Shown one piece after another: positions 51,779-64,000 of a stretch of 64,000 bases of DNA; the first letter of the stretch is position 1, and each line of letters begins with the position of its first letter. A program made the position numbers and the translations under genes. Source of the stretch: Phoronis australis (lineage: Eukaryota > Animalia > Phoronida); NCBI GenBank assembly GCA_002633005.1, contig NMRA01000281.1, positions 327,123-391,122 on the forward strand, read 5' to 3'. Below the pieces are notes generated by a model. It was not told the origin of the DNA. It did not search any database and saw only the letters and a program-made list of their open reading frames with translations.

Positions 51779-54700
51779 ATGGATTCCAGACTTCCTGTGG
51801 AGGTAACTTGGAGATGAATATTTTTCCATCTGCGAATCTGTATGTTTGAGTGTGTGCCGGAATTTTCAACATTAAGACCCATTTGCCACTTTACACATAG
51901 TTCAAAGCCTGGTGACTTTTGACGAGACCTTGTAGTAGGCTAGGAACAGTGTCACCTAGGCGCTGGACTTGGCCTGGCTTGGACTGGTGACTCTCCGGCT
52001 CTACAGTAACTCGTGACACGGGTCATGAGTAATGCGAGACCAATGTCGCTAAAATCGCTGTCGGCAAAACAATCCAAAAATCCTGTTTAGAGTTACATGT
52101 GCCACTCTTATCACATGTCCATTTGACGTTTTATTTTCAGTCTCTTTCTAGTCATTCGTTCTGCTACCAGTAGGGATGCATGAAAAGAATCCTACGTTCA
52201 CGCCCCAGCTGGTCGATATTGGGCATCTCGACCGGTTTGCTCCAGTGGCGGATCTAGGATATCACAAGGGGGGGGCCCAACATTTTTTCAGGCTGTAAGC
52301 ATTTGCGCAAACCACGAATGTAGATGCGCATAGCACTGAATGAGGGGAGGTTGGGAGGGGGGGCTCCCCTCCCACCCAGGAAATTTTTCTGTTTTTCTTC
52401 TAAAAATCAAGCATTTTCCTTGGTTCCTGAAGTATTATCGAAGAAAAACAGGCAAAAAAAAACACGGAGAACGTGTCAAACAGGAAAACCTTAAAGTACC
52501 AGAGACTCGAACTCACGACCTGGCGGATAGAGCGCGCGCACGCTTTACCAATACCCCACCACTACTTAGCTACTAATAACATAATAAGAGACTTACTTGT
52601 TTATGGTCCACAGTGTTTGCGCGCGAAACCTACTTCTTTTTGTAATGCTTATTACACGTTTTATATTTTGTGCAATCGGTTCTTAACAAATTTGTTGTAT
52701 TTGAAATAGTCTTCAAATGCCCAAAAGACCAAATCCGTTTTTCGTGTTGGCAATAATGACGGGATTGCTTTGGAAATCGTCTTAAGTTAAGGTTTGAGAA
52801 AGAGAGAATTATGAGTTTCTGAGTGATTTGCTAAGGCTTCGATTAAAATTCACATCTTACCAGCATGTTCTGTTTTTCCATCGTCACTTAGGTTCCATTT
52901 TCTTTAAAAAATGAAGTAAATTTTCTTCATTGCGCGGTGGAGCAGACGACGGAAACGGAGTCGTAGGGCGCAGCGCTACTGCCGGTCGCCTAGGATATCG
53001 CGGGAGAGCCTATACTTAGCCATAGTTCCGTTACGAATGCGCCGTGTTCCGAATTTAACATTTGAAATTGGATCTGAGCCCACTCAAACCTAAAACTGCA
53101 CACATTTAAATCTTGTTTCATCCGTATAATTTTAATTACCGGGGTTAATTAATAAACTCAACATTTCCCTACGCTCTTGCTGTTCTATTTTTTTGCGGCA
53201 GCCAAGGGGGGGGGGGCCCGGGTCCCCTGAGCCCCCCCCTAAATCCGCCTATGGGNTCATGCCGTTGTGCTTAAGTCTCCTCAGGCCGCTGATGTTATAA
53301 TTCTCTAGATAATGAGACCCACCATAAACACATTGGGGACAAACATGATTAGGTTTCTAATTCTGAAAATTGGATAAGAAATGCGACTTTTACGATCTAA
53401 AACCTTAGTTTAATGTTGCCATAATGTGTTCCACGTTAATTCTGCTAGGTGTGCAACACAATTGGGCCTATTACAATACCAAACCATCAGGCAGTAGTTG
53501 GATTTGAGATAAGCCAAGTGTCATCGTACAATTCTTGGCATGGTAAACCCAAACTGCAATGCACTTATTTACAAAGAAAAAGTGAGATGCATATGTGTAC
53601 GCACCAAAGCACACTAGCTCAGTAAATGGGGCTATTCGGAAAATCTACAATAACTAGAGTTTTGTAACCTTCGAACTGGCTTGCATAATTTTTTTACTAA
53701 TTGTATAACCTAACTGTTTGGAATGGCACAACTTTTTACTCTGAAATCTAGGGTTATTTTTCTACATTATGTTTATTAATTCACGGACAAAAATCATACA
53801 AAACCTGCAGCCCTCACATGTGTGACTTGTTGTTTGATTTTGAACATTTTTACTGCTATCACATGGAAAAGTTGCACAACTTAACAATAGTTCATGGCAT
53901 GACGGCTCTTTGTTGTTCCGTGACTTTACCATACGTAGAGGGTTGTGAGCATGTGATAAAATCTACCTTCTTTGCTAACTGCCGAGCACAGTCTTTTGTC
54001 TGGTCAATTATCTACCAGACTTATTACAGACCACCTGTGAACACAGTCAAACCCAGAGCGAATTGGTACATTCGGAAAGAATAGATTGTCGTAACTTCAG
54101 TTGTAGTTGGGTGATTTTGGCAATTCAAAAAAGTTCAAATAGGTTATTAACTTAACCTTTATTTTAGCAACACAGCCCAGACAGGGTAGATATGATCTTA
54201 ATGGAGATTAGAGCAATTATCGAACAAAAGAGAGCTGGCCAGCCAACCATAAATGCCAGAATGGAGTTAGTCAGTCGTGTAAGATATTGGCTACAGGGGT
54301 TTTCTTCCCAACTGTTGTTGGCTTAGAGAATCGAACAAGTTGGGATCAACGGGAAAATGCAGTAATGGCTTTTTGAAGCTCATCATATAATGTACCATGG
54401 ATAAGGTACACGTATCTTGCCCTGAAAGTGACCAGCATCGTGTGCGGATTGTTTCATAATCATTTAGTTTTGCTATATTTTGTATCCTGATTGTTATTCT
54501 TACAATATCATATTATTTCAGGTCATCACTCACATCATGAAATATCTGTCAGTTGCCGATATTAAAGAAGCCTCCCTGGTCAGCCGAGCATGGTATGAGG
54601 CTTCACTTGACCCAGTGTTACAGAAGGATGTTAAAGTCCTCTTGACTCAGGCAGGCTCGCGACCGATGACTAGTCTGCAGAGACGTAAAACTCCTCACTT

Positions 54701-56435
54701 AATTCTTAATGATGTGGATGGTTCCTTTCTGTCGAGCAGCAAAACATTGTCTACCTTCATAGACATTGGTGATGGTGTACGCACTTTGTCTCTGAAAGCA
54801 TCTAGCATAACTGAAAAGACATTCATGAACCTCATTGCATGTTGTCCTGTATTGGTAGATCTTGATTTGACTGCTTGCAACAGTCTCTTCATGTCTGGGA
54901 AACTTTTGGAGTGTCCAGAAGACCAACAAAGATTGAAAGCTGTTCTTCAAAAGCTTAGTTCTCTTAACTTGTCTGGAATTCGCTTCTTATCAGATATGCT
55001 TCTGACCAGGCTCGTGTCCGTCTGTGAGAATCTTGAAAAGCTCTCGGTCGCCTCGTGCCAAATTATATTCAATATAAGCACTTACTATCCAGTTAACCGC
55101 TCTTCACTCAAGGAGAGCTCGGCCATCTTCACTTTCCTGTCCATTCTGAAACTTCTAAAAAGCAGACCAAAAAGAATAAAGAGCCTCAACTTCAGCCGAA
55201 CTTCATTTGACGATGATGCACTGCGGCTATTGTCCAATGTAGAAGAGTTGCATCTAGAAGAATTGCATCTTGTATCTTGTAAAGAAGTAAGTGATGAGGG
55301 TATATCTGCTCTGTGTAAGACTCAAGTGGGGCTCAAGTTACTGGATGTTGCCTTCTGCACTGGTGTCACTGATGCTTCCCTCCAAAGTATTACAAAAAGC
55401 TGCCCAGTCATGGAAAAGCTATGCCTGGACAGTTGTAAGCAAATCACTGGACGTTCAGTAAAGCGCGTACATGCTATGAGTGCTCTGGTCTCTTTGAATT
55501 TGTCTGGGTGTTATCAGGTACTAAGTGCGGGCATTCTAGAAGGTCTTTCTACTCGGAAGCTTCCTCATTTAAAGTCACTGAACCTGAATTCGTGCAGCGC
55601 CATCTCTGACAAATGTGTGGTGTCCATTTGCAACTTACAGCCGCAGCTTGAGAGTCTAGACCTGGGCTCGTGTTTTCACATAACAAATGTAAGCGTGCAG
55701 TCCATCTCCAAGCACATGAACATGCTGAGGCACCTGCGACTTGCCTTCTGCAAACTGATCGACAGCTTTGGCATCCTTGGTTTTGTGGAAGACTGCAAAG
55801 GACAGAATGTGCATGATGACTCGCACCCTGTCAACTGCCGATGTACGAGACATGATGGGGATATTCCTGTGTTTAGTGATCCATTGGCAGAAATCAAGAA
55901 AACTCCCAAGAAATTGACTGTGGAGGAAGTCAACTCTTTGGCCAAAGACATGGATGGTCCGGTATACTCTCTCAGTGCCATTAAAGGTATGCGGTCCCTC
56001 GATTTGAAAGGGTGCCTCAAGCTGACTAATAGTGCCATCATCCACACTGTGAGATTTACGGAGCTGCAGTCTCTTGATCTCAGCATGTGTTTTGATGTTG
56101 ATGATGACTGCTTGCTGTCACTCGCCACAAACAACCCAAGTCTTCAAGACCTGTCCCTTGCCAAGTGCCTGCTCATCACAGATGTTGGCGTTGTGTACAT
56201 TGCATCCAATCTGCACAGGTTGTCATCGCTCAATATTTCCTGTTGTGACGGGATCACCGACAAGGGTCTTCAGTCTCTGCTAAAGTGCCAGCACTTGAAG
56301 AAGTTGGACGTCAGTATGTGTGCCTGCGTGTCTGTACAATGTGTCGAGTTGCTAGAACATAAACTTCCCAATCTGCATCAAATAAAGAGACAGTATGTTG
56401 GTTCGTCCCTCGTAAAAGATAACTACCCTATGTAA
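51779..56435 (+). CDS. F-box/leucine-rich repeat protein, LRRC29/FBXL9-like (about 645 aa, 2 coding exons)
   Basis: Micro-exon 51779-51802 (MDSRLPVE|gtaact; copy at 49028-49051) joins in phase 0 to 54522-56435 (tttcag|VITHIMKYLSVADIKEASLVSRAW), completing an F-box. It is followed by many cysteine-containing LRRs (LxxLDLxxCxxITD). The LRRC29/FBXL9 resemblance is from memory only. Confidence 0.9.
52243..53253. mobile_element. About 1-kb TIR element of the CAGTGGCGGATC family in the F-box gene intron
   Basis: CAGTGGCGGATCTAG...CTAAATCCGCCTATG with poly-G/poly-C subterminal runs. Confidence 0.7.
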
Positions 56436-58389
56436 TTATCCTCGACGAATCACATGCCGATACACGGGTGTGCCCAAAATTGTACTGTTCGCTGAAAAGG
56501 GAATTCTGATATTTTCTTTCAGTGTTCTCTGGTGCTGATTGTTTAGGAATTTCTGTGATACACACTAGAATGTGCTGCTGACTGTTCTGTGTTCAGCTCT
56601 CATGAACGACTGTGTTTACTGCTGAAGGATTTACCTGAGCCACATGCTAAACATTGTTAAGGTAAAACATAAGATTAACGAGCCACACGGGCGGATCAAG
56701 GATTTTTTAAAGGGGGGTACGATCAAGTACTTTCTTAAAAATGAGGTTCAAGTCAATAATTTGAAAATTCTAGATTTGATATCACTAAAATTAAGGGACC
56801 TCGTTGGATCCACCTACCAACCGACTCTGCTCTACGCATCATTTAATGGAATGATTATTAAAATTACTATCTTATATTCATGGCCCTTGATGCCTGGATT
56901 TTAGGGCTGAACATCGACTTCTCCATTCCCTCTGAAAAATATTTGAAAAACATAAAATTTCCCCTCACCAGGCCAAAAAATTCCCTCGTGATTAATTCCC
57001 CTTGTTAGAATAATTTTTAACTCACATTGGCAATCATTTGTAACAGCACGAAACGTTAGTTTTGACAGAGATGATGAGGGGTAGCAACGTGGGGGATTGT
57101 CGTGAGGGGATGGTTGTGATATAGTTCACTGGTGGCCTGGGAGAAAAATTTCCCTCACCTGAAAAGATTTCCCCACTCAGAAGGTACCTTTCAACCTTGG
57201 AGGAACTTAGGCCTTGGCATTTTTAAGATGGTTTGGTTATCAAGATAGAAGAAGCAAAAACATTTTCTCGTCACTCGAACATGCTTGCACCCCAAGGTAA
57301 ATACCTGACAGAATGATCTTCAGTCCGTTTCTTCTTCTGTGCAGTAAGGACATAGTATTTTATCCACAAACAGATAAATAGGCTTGAGTACTGTTATAAA
57401 TGTGAAGTTTCACAAACTTCCATTTGTTGTTTTTATATATCAAGTCATTGAGCGCAAAATCCAAATAAGATATTAATTTATTTATTTTTGCGAGTTTTGT
57501 TGATCTGCTATTTATTCCCGACTTGTTATTTTACAATTTTCCCATTCCATAATCCAAACTGTGCCGAGGTGAAGTATAATAAATAGACTGATGACATGTG
57601 TTCTCTCTTTCTTCAAGTGATATGCAATTCATTCAATGGACTGTTTTAAGATTATGTAGGACCTTGTCAACAATACTGGTCATTAAAAACCAAATATCAA
57701 CAAAACTATAGAATGAATAACTAAATAACGTAAAAGTATTTTTGGAAGTAGAAAGCCCGTAGAATTTGAGTTTTGACTTTATACCAATCTGTCATTAAAT
57801 GGGTCACGAGACAATATCTGAGTAAAATTTACCAAAAAAGAATTAAAGGTACATTAATAGCAAAACAATAGTATTAATAACGTGGCTAAATTTCGTTTGA
57901 TATAAATGTTCGATATGAACTCTCAAAGATGATATTAGTTTCATTTCTAAAATATCTGATTTTCATGTTATGCAACGTTTATTTTTTTCTACAAAATTAT
58001 TCAAATCCTATTTTTATAGCTTCTCCTTTAAAAGTGGGACATTTTAAAAACTAATTCTAACGACCTTTTGGTGCATTCACACAAAACTGAAAAGCTTCTG
58101 ATTTATGACATTCCAAAGCCAAATTGACAGTTGGCATAAAATTAACTGCATAGTAACATTTTGGTGTATGTGCACACCCAAATATAAATAATAATACAGA
58201 TGTAGAATAATAATTTATTATAATTAATGTTTCTTAGACATGATATCCAACCACAGATCAAACTATACGCGAGCTTAAGCACTACACAAAAATCTGCATT
58301 TAAATATATGAATACAGCACATTTGTTACACATTCATGTAATCTGATAATCTGTTTAGGATCACAATTCTTGATGCAGACTATTACAGC

Positions 58390-58490
58390 AATAGTCATTC
58401 ACAAGGGTGCATTTTGAGATCCAGTTTTCTCCACTGGGCGTCAAACTGGTTCTCAAAATCCAGAACCTCTGTATATAGTAAGTGACTATT
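58390..58490. repeat. About 100-bp palindromic dispersed element (copies near 37775-37878, 43184-43291, 43885-43988)
   Basis: AATAGTCA...TGACTATT ends and an internal ATTTTGAGAACCAGTTT / AAACTGGTTCTCAAAAT inverted pair, found four times. Confidence 0.8.
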
Positions 58491-58756
58491 GCCTGCTAAA
58501 CAATTATAAGAAAAATGCTACATTATTCCAAAAATCATGGATGTCTTTTTCATCATTGTCCTAGCAACACTGTCCAGTAAATTCAACCCCACAAGATACA
58601 TTGATCGTGCCTTGAAGCTATTACCGTATGCAATTATCTTCAGTCAAACCCAACTTTTGATAAAAGCCACTTTCACGGTTTAATGTAAAATTGGACCCAA
58701 CTTGTTTCATTTCATACTAACTAGGATTAGAAGAGATTTCTAGGCTTGTAAATAAT

Positions 58757-58952
58757 TGGCACTACCTTATTGGTTGAGTGGTATTACCCTGTTGGTTGAG
58801 TGGCAGTACCCTATTGGTTGACTGGCAGTACCCTATTGGTTGACTGGCAGTGCCCTGTTGGTTGCCTGGCAGTACCCTATTGGTTGACTGGCAGTACCCT
58901 ATTGGTCGACTGGCAGTACCCTATTGGTTGACTGGCAGTATCTTATTGGTTG
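58757..58952. repeat. Minisatellite, about 9 x 22 bp
   Basis: tggcagtaccctattggttgac repeats. Confidence 0.95.
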
Positions 58953-59569
58953 AGAGCAGGCTCAACATGTTGTGTTTACAGGAATCTTCATTTTACCACA
59001 CCAAAAGCAATACAATTAGAAATAGTTCGGTTCCATCACTGAATTCAAGACACTATTGCAGTTGCTGCATTAGGAATTTCAACCAGAATAATCAGGAAAG
59101 GTAAAATTAATAAGTTGTTCACAGTAATTTCAACACAATGCCACCTTGAATTTCTTGAATAAATACGAGCAAAACTACATAAACCTAATCTAAGAGTATT
59201 CACAGTAGTATCCAGGTTCACCATAACTCCATGAAATCATAATTAAAGCCAAAAATAATCAAAAAATGAATTTGACAGAATTTACTATGAAGCTTCTGGA
59301 ATGATGAGTTCATAGTATTAACCAATATGAGGGGAAACAGAATTTTGTGAGATTGTGTTTGGCGTATATCATAAAATGAAGGCAGTCAGTTTTCAGGTAA
59401 GCCAATCTTTGTCATCTTACACGATTCATTTTGAAATTGTTTTTCTTCTGGCATTCAATAATTGTTTAAAGCCAACAACTAGTTACAAATACGGTAAAAT
59501 ATGACTGTTTGATGCTAACCTGAGAAGTGGTAAAACCTGGATACTTTACCTTAAAATTATGTCTTCTGG

Positions 59570-62500
59570 TCATGTCCACAATCGGAAGAACCCAAGGGTG
59601 ATCGTCAAACAAGACAGAATGGCACCTGAGGAAAGCAAACATTCAACTTCCGTCAGTTAAATGAGCAAACCGTTGTCAGCAAAGCTAGAATTTTCTGTAC
59701 TCAAATGGTTGAAATGAACTCTAAACAAAATCAAATAATGAGGATTTAATAATTCTGTTGGTGGAGCCAGTGAGACAACAGTGTCAGCAGTACTAAAGCA
59801 TGCATGGGTGATCACGTGGGGCACTTATCTCATAACACCCTCACACTGATGAACAACTATATGTCATCCATCTTTTCAGATAATGAAGGACCCTTTCATC
59901 CCTATCACTATCCAGTTAACAGCATGTTTCCCATTGACAGCTAAACAGGCATGTAAAGTTATTTGTTGGATAAAAATGATAGCGCTCACTGGAGTATCAT
60001 GCAACAATTAGACTGATCCAGAATATCATTTACTTCAACATTTTAAGCAACTCAGTCTTGATATTTTCAGTACCATAAGTGTAATAAATGGAAACCATTT
60101 ATTCTGACCAGCAGGAAATATTAGATGTCAGGGCTATGATCAGCCTGGAAGAAAACAGCCAAGGAATTCGGAAACCAGCTGAGAATTTGCAGAAAGTTAG
60201 ATTGAAGAGAATTATCTTTATATTAGAATACAAATTGTTGAACATTTTTCTCTAAAATTACTGTAACAGATTTTTTACGAAAAGAGGTACTGTCAACTTT
60301 TTTTGATAAGTAAGTGTACTCGTAATTTTAATACGTACTTATTCAATTTAGTTTTTCTTAAGTCTGTGAGTACTGTTTCAATGTAACAGCACCAGCAACC
60401 ACATTAGCAAGAGACACCATGGCAATTTGTTTCATCTTAGAACATAACGCATATGCACCATTTGGTTTTATGGTTCAGCAGCTATCAACAGTCATGCGAG
60501 TAAAATATTGCACTAACCAGCAGCATATTTAATGGTCTCGTTTCTGTACTGCTCATAGAGTGTGCGCAGGTTTGCTACCTCCGTGTTGATTTTGTTGTCC
60601 AACTTGGCAAGCAGCGTTTCATTCTTGGCATGCTGCAAATACACCAAATGCTACCAGGGCACTGCCGTGACTATCAAAACATATCATTGCCTTTGACGAA
60701 AATGTGACCTAACTACAGACAGCAGTTCATGAAAAGCATGCAAGCTAAATGTTTCTTGCAGCATCTTAAAAGACGAGTATTACGTAACGGACCCTAGCAT
60801 CCAGTAACAAAACAAGTAACTCTCACCCCACCTTGTACCTACACCTTGCCCTTACATCACATTCACCATTGAATGCCATGTTGCCAATACCTCCACTTAC
60901 ATCCTCCTTTGCTCGACTCCTCTCCAGGTTCGTATCCAACACCATCTGACTGGACATGTTGGTCAACTCACTTCTTAACGTCTGCTTCAGCTGCTCCAGC
61001 TCAATATGCAGTTTCTGAAAACAGTGAACAACGTCTACGAGTTTGCCTCAAGTAGGAAAACAAGCACGGAGAATTTGAGAACAAAGCAAGATTGTGGCCC
61101 TGACTGTGTGCTAGGGTGAACGCGGTATTGATAAACAGAGCAGTCGCTGAAAATGCCGACATAACAAAACTGTGACACTCTCTCATGCTCCAATGTCGTC
61201 TGCCTAACAACAATATCACTTTAAGCTCAAGATACACAATTCCATGTTTTCATTGTTCAGGAATTTTCTGAATTAGTTTTTGTATACATTAGAAACATCT
61301 CCCATTTAGTTTCAACTCCCAACAGAGATTAGGTTTTCAAAACCTAGCATCAATCTGGGCTCTGTTTCAAGAAAAGTGACTTAAGACTAACGCTCAACAT
61401 AACTATTTTATTTGCAAAATAATAAAACTCGGTTTAGCAGAAGAACAAAGTATCTGAGAACATATCTATAACTTCTACTTACAGAGAAAATTTGTACAAA
61501 TTATTTCTAGGCCGAGATTTGCAAATTACTGCATCAATAAACCTTTTTTGGTAAAAACTGAAGTGCAGGCAGCAATATGCAAATTGTTACGTGACTAAAA
61601 TTTTTTGGTGAAATTTAGTGATTAAGCGGGAGCATAACCCCAAATTTCAACTTTAAGGCTNCTTACATCCTCCTTTGCACGACTCCTCTCCAGGTTCGTA
61701 TCCAACACCATCTGACTGGACATGTTGGTCAACTCACTTCTTAACGTCTGCTTCAGCTGCTCCAGCTCAATATGCAGTTTCTGAAAACAGTGAACAACGT
61801 CTACGAGTTTGCCTCAAGTAGGAAAACAAGCACGGAGAATTTGAGAACAAAGCAAGATTGTGGCCCTGACTGTGTGCTAGGGTGAACGCGGTATTGATAA
61901 ACAGAGCAGTCGCTGAAAATGCCGACATAATAAAACTGTGACACTCTCTCATGCTCCAATGTTGTCTGCCTAACAACAATATCACTTTAAGCTCAAGATA
62001 CACAATTCCATGTTTTCATTGTTCAGGAATTTCTGAATTAGTTTTTGTATACATTAGAAACATCTCCCATTTAGTTTCAACTCCCAACAGAGATTAGGTT
62101 TTCAAAAACTAGCATCAATCTGGGCTCTGTTTCAAGAAAAGTGACTTAAGACTAACGTTCAACATAACTATTTAATTTGCAAAATAATAAAACTCGGTTT
62201 AGCAGAAGAACAAAGTATCTGAGAACATATCTATAACTTCTACTTACAGAGAAAATTTGTACAAATTATTTCTAGGCCGAGATTTGCAAATTACTGCATC
62301 AATAAACCTTTTTTGGTATATACTGAAGTGCAGGCAGCAATATGCAAATTGTTACGTGACTAAAATTTTTTGGTGAAATTTAGTGATTAAGCGGGAGCAT
62401 AACCCCAAATTTCAACTTTAAGGCTGAAGTCGCTTTTTAAGAAATAGACATCTGATCTAATGTTAAGTATTAGCAGCCGTTTGTACAGCATCGCACACAC

Positions 62501-63948
62501 TTATACAAAGGCAAACTGTCTACCACTTTTCAAAGAGCTATTACAGACACTGCTGATGTAAGGCTTCAGACAAATGGAACAGTACATACATAGATCAGCA
62601 TTAGTGATGACATAGGCTTCTACCGTTGGTTCTTGTACATGTCTATAGACAAAATAGAAGGTATCACGAAACTGGTCGTGTTTGTAATGGAAAAGTAGAC
62701 TAAGAATTTTTGCTAATAAGTGTTGCCAAGGAGAGCTAAATTCATGAACTCTCAATACGATTTACATTATGGCGAATTTTTATTAACCCTCATGGCTGTG
62801 AAAATTTGTACATCAAGGTTTTTACATTTTTTTCAAGACTTTTCAAGGTATTAAAGCTAGTATTATCCTTTCCCAGGTTTTCAATCACTAGGAATCACGA
62901 GACATCAATGAATGAGAGGAATCACCTCAGTCTCATTTCGTAAACTGGAGAACTCGCTTTTCTCCAAAATAACCATGTCTTTCTTAATGGCAGCAAGGTG
63001 ACTCATGATCTGCTGAACAGAGATCTCCAGCTGCGCCTTGTTCACCAGTTGTCGCTGTTGAATGTCCGAGTGTGTACTCATAATCTGCATGAGAGCCTCA
63101 GTCATACCCTCTGCCTGCTCTGATGTGAAACCTGCGTGAATTAGAAAAGAAGCGCAATTAATTTGCTGAACAACTAATTTCTTTCAATTTCAGGAGGTAG
63201 AAAGGATCCCATGATTGCACCTCTTCAGGGCCCCAGTCATACTCTATACCACCAGTGGTATGAAACATGAGTGAATTAGAAAAGCTAAATTAATTTGATG
63301 AAAACTAAAACTAATTTCCTTCTACTTCAGGGAGTGGAAAGGATTCCATGACCATAGCTCTAAATTCCACCTATCATCCTTGACCAGCAAACACCAACTC
63401 CCCTGTCGAAATACCCACTAAATTATACACACATGCCAAAAATACTCTATACGCGAAGTAAGATAAAAGACTATGCAAATGCTTAACAACAGACTAGATA
63501 AATAATTAGATTATGAAAGAGCCATTATCCACAACTGAAAACAGATGATACTTTAGTAACGTGTCCACCATAGGTGTCATAAATTGGTGATTTTGCCAAA
63601 TAGCAATAGGACACAATATGACAAACAGGTGCAATTGTATTTTCCCATTTTTATACCAGATATGTAGCACAAAATTAAAGCTTTACAATGTTCAAGTTTA
63701 GTATGATATCTACCATTACACACAACTTTGAGAACATCCAAGTACCCACAATAATGTAAGGTCGTGAAAAATGAGAAAAGAGCAATGTTTCTGAAACTGA
63801 CCGTAAACCTTTAATGGAAATGCCCACAGAGCACTACCTGAGTGTGTGAGTTGCTTAACAAGTTGAAGTGAGTCAAACTGGGCAACTCGAGTTGCTGAGG
63901 CCACCAAGTCCACTTTCCTGACGTCTGTTTCTATGAAACGGCTCAACA
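59570..63948 (-). CDS. MCUR1: Mitochondrial calcium uniporter regulator 1 / CCDC90 family (DUF1640) protein; 5' end lies beyond the window
   Basis: Exons 63838-63948 (FDSLQLVKQLTHS), 62926-63131 (GFTSEQAE...IKKDMVILEKSEFSSLRNETE), 61667-61780 or copy 60901-61014 (LDTNLERSRAKE), 60518-60632 (KINTEVANLRT...IKYAA), 59570-59625 (GAILSCLTITLGFFRLWT*). Phases are consistent. MCUR1 and CCDC90B cannot be distinguished from this alone. Confidence 0.9.
60896..62425. repeat. Near-identical duplication 60896-61660 / 61662-62425 (one MCUR1 exon), probably haplotypic
   Basis: Colinear copies separated by a single N at 61661. Confidence 0.9.
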
Positions 63949-64000
63949 CTGCAAAAAAGAAAAACAATCTTCAAGGAAATTCAAAATACTTTTGTGTTCA

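Larger units (their letters stand above)
45721..51990. repeat. Near-identical duplication 45721-49239 / 49241-51990, probably haplotypic
   Basis: Colinear copies separated by a single N at 49240. Confidence 0.9.

Noticed and set aside
54480-54521. ORF-track N-terminus MYPDCYSYNIILFQ
   Set aside because: Intronic sequence ending in a TTTCAG acceptor; the F-box start is supplied by 51779-51802.
60896-62425. Mutually exclusive MCUR1 exon pair
   Set aside because: The copies are almost identical including introns and are joined by a single N, consistent with assembly redundancy.

Overview
Eukaryotic genomic DNA: AT-rich, intron-containing, and judging by style an invertebrate, possibly a lophotrochozoan (taxon not established). 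I assembled four protein-coding genes by hand from splice sites and reading-frame phase. (1) An unnamed minus-strand gene at about 5.85-18.9 kb, largely invisible in the ORF track, encoding an Arg/Ser/Pro-rich protein. It contains three tandemly duplicated, phase-0 paralogous exons (about 1.3-1.4 kb period), a probable GC-AG intron and alternative 3' ends. This is the most interesting feature of the window. (2) A complete 18-exon peroxisomal Lon protease, LONP2 (843 aa, C-terminal SKL). (3) A head-to-head F-box/leucine-rich-repeat gene (LRRC29/FBXL9-like) whose ATG is 219 bp from the LONP2 ATG. (4) The 3' part of an MCUR1/CCDC90-family gene. Three near-identical duplications, each joined by an N or an N-gap, are probably uncollapsed haplotypes. 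Comparing the copies exposes polymorphic transposon insertions with their empty sites. Many MITE-like inverted-repeat elements and minisatellites fill the introns. No rRNA, convincing tRNA or CRISPR array was seen. All family assignments are from memory of motifs; no searches were run.
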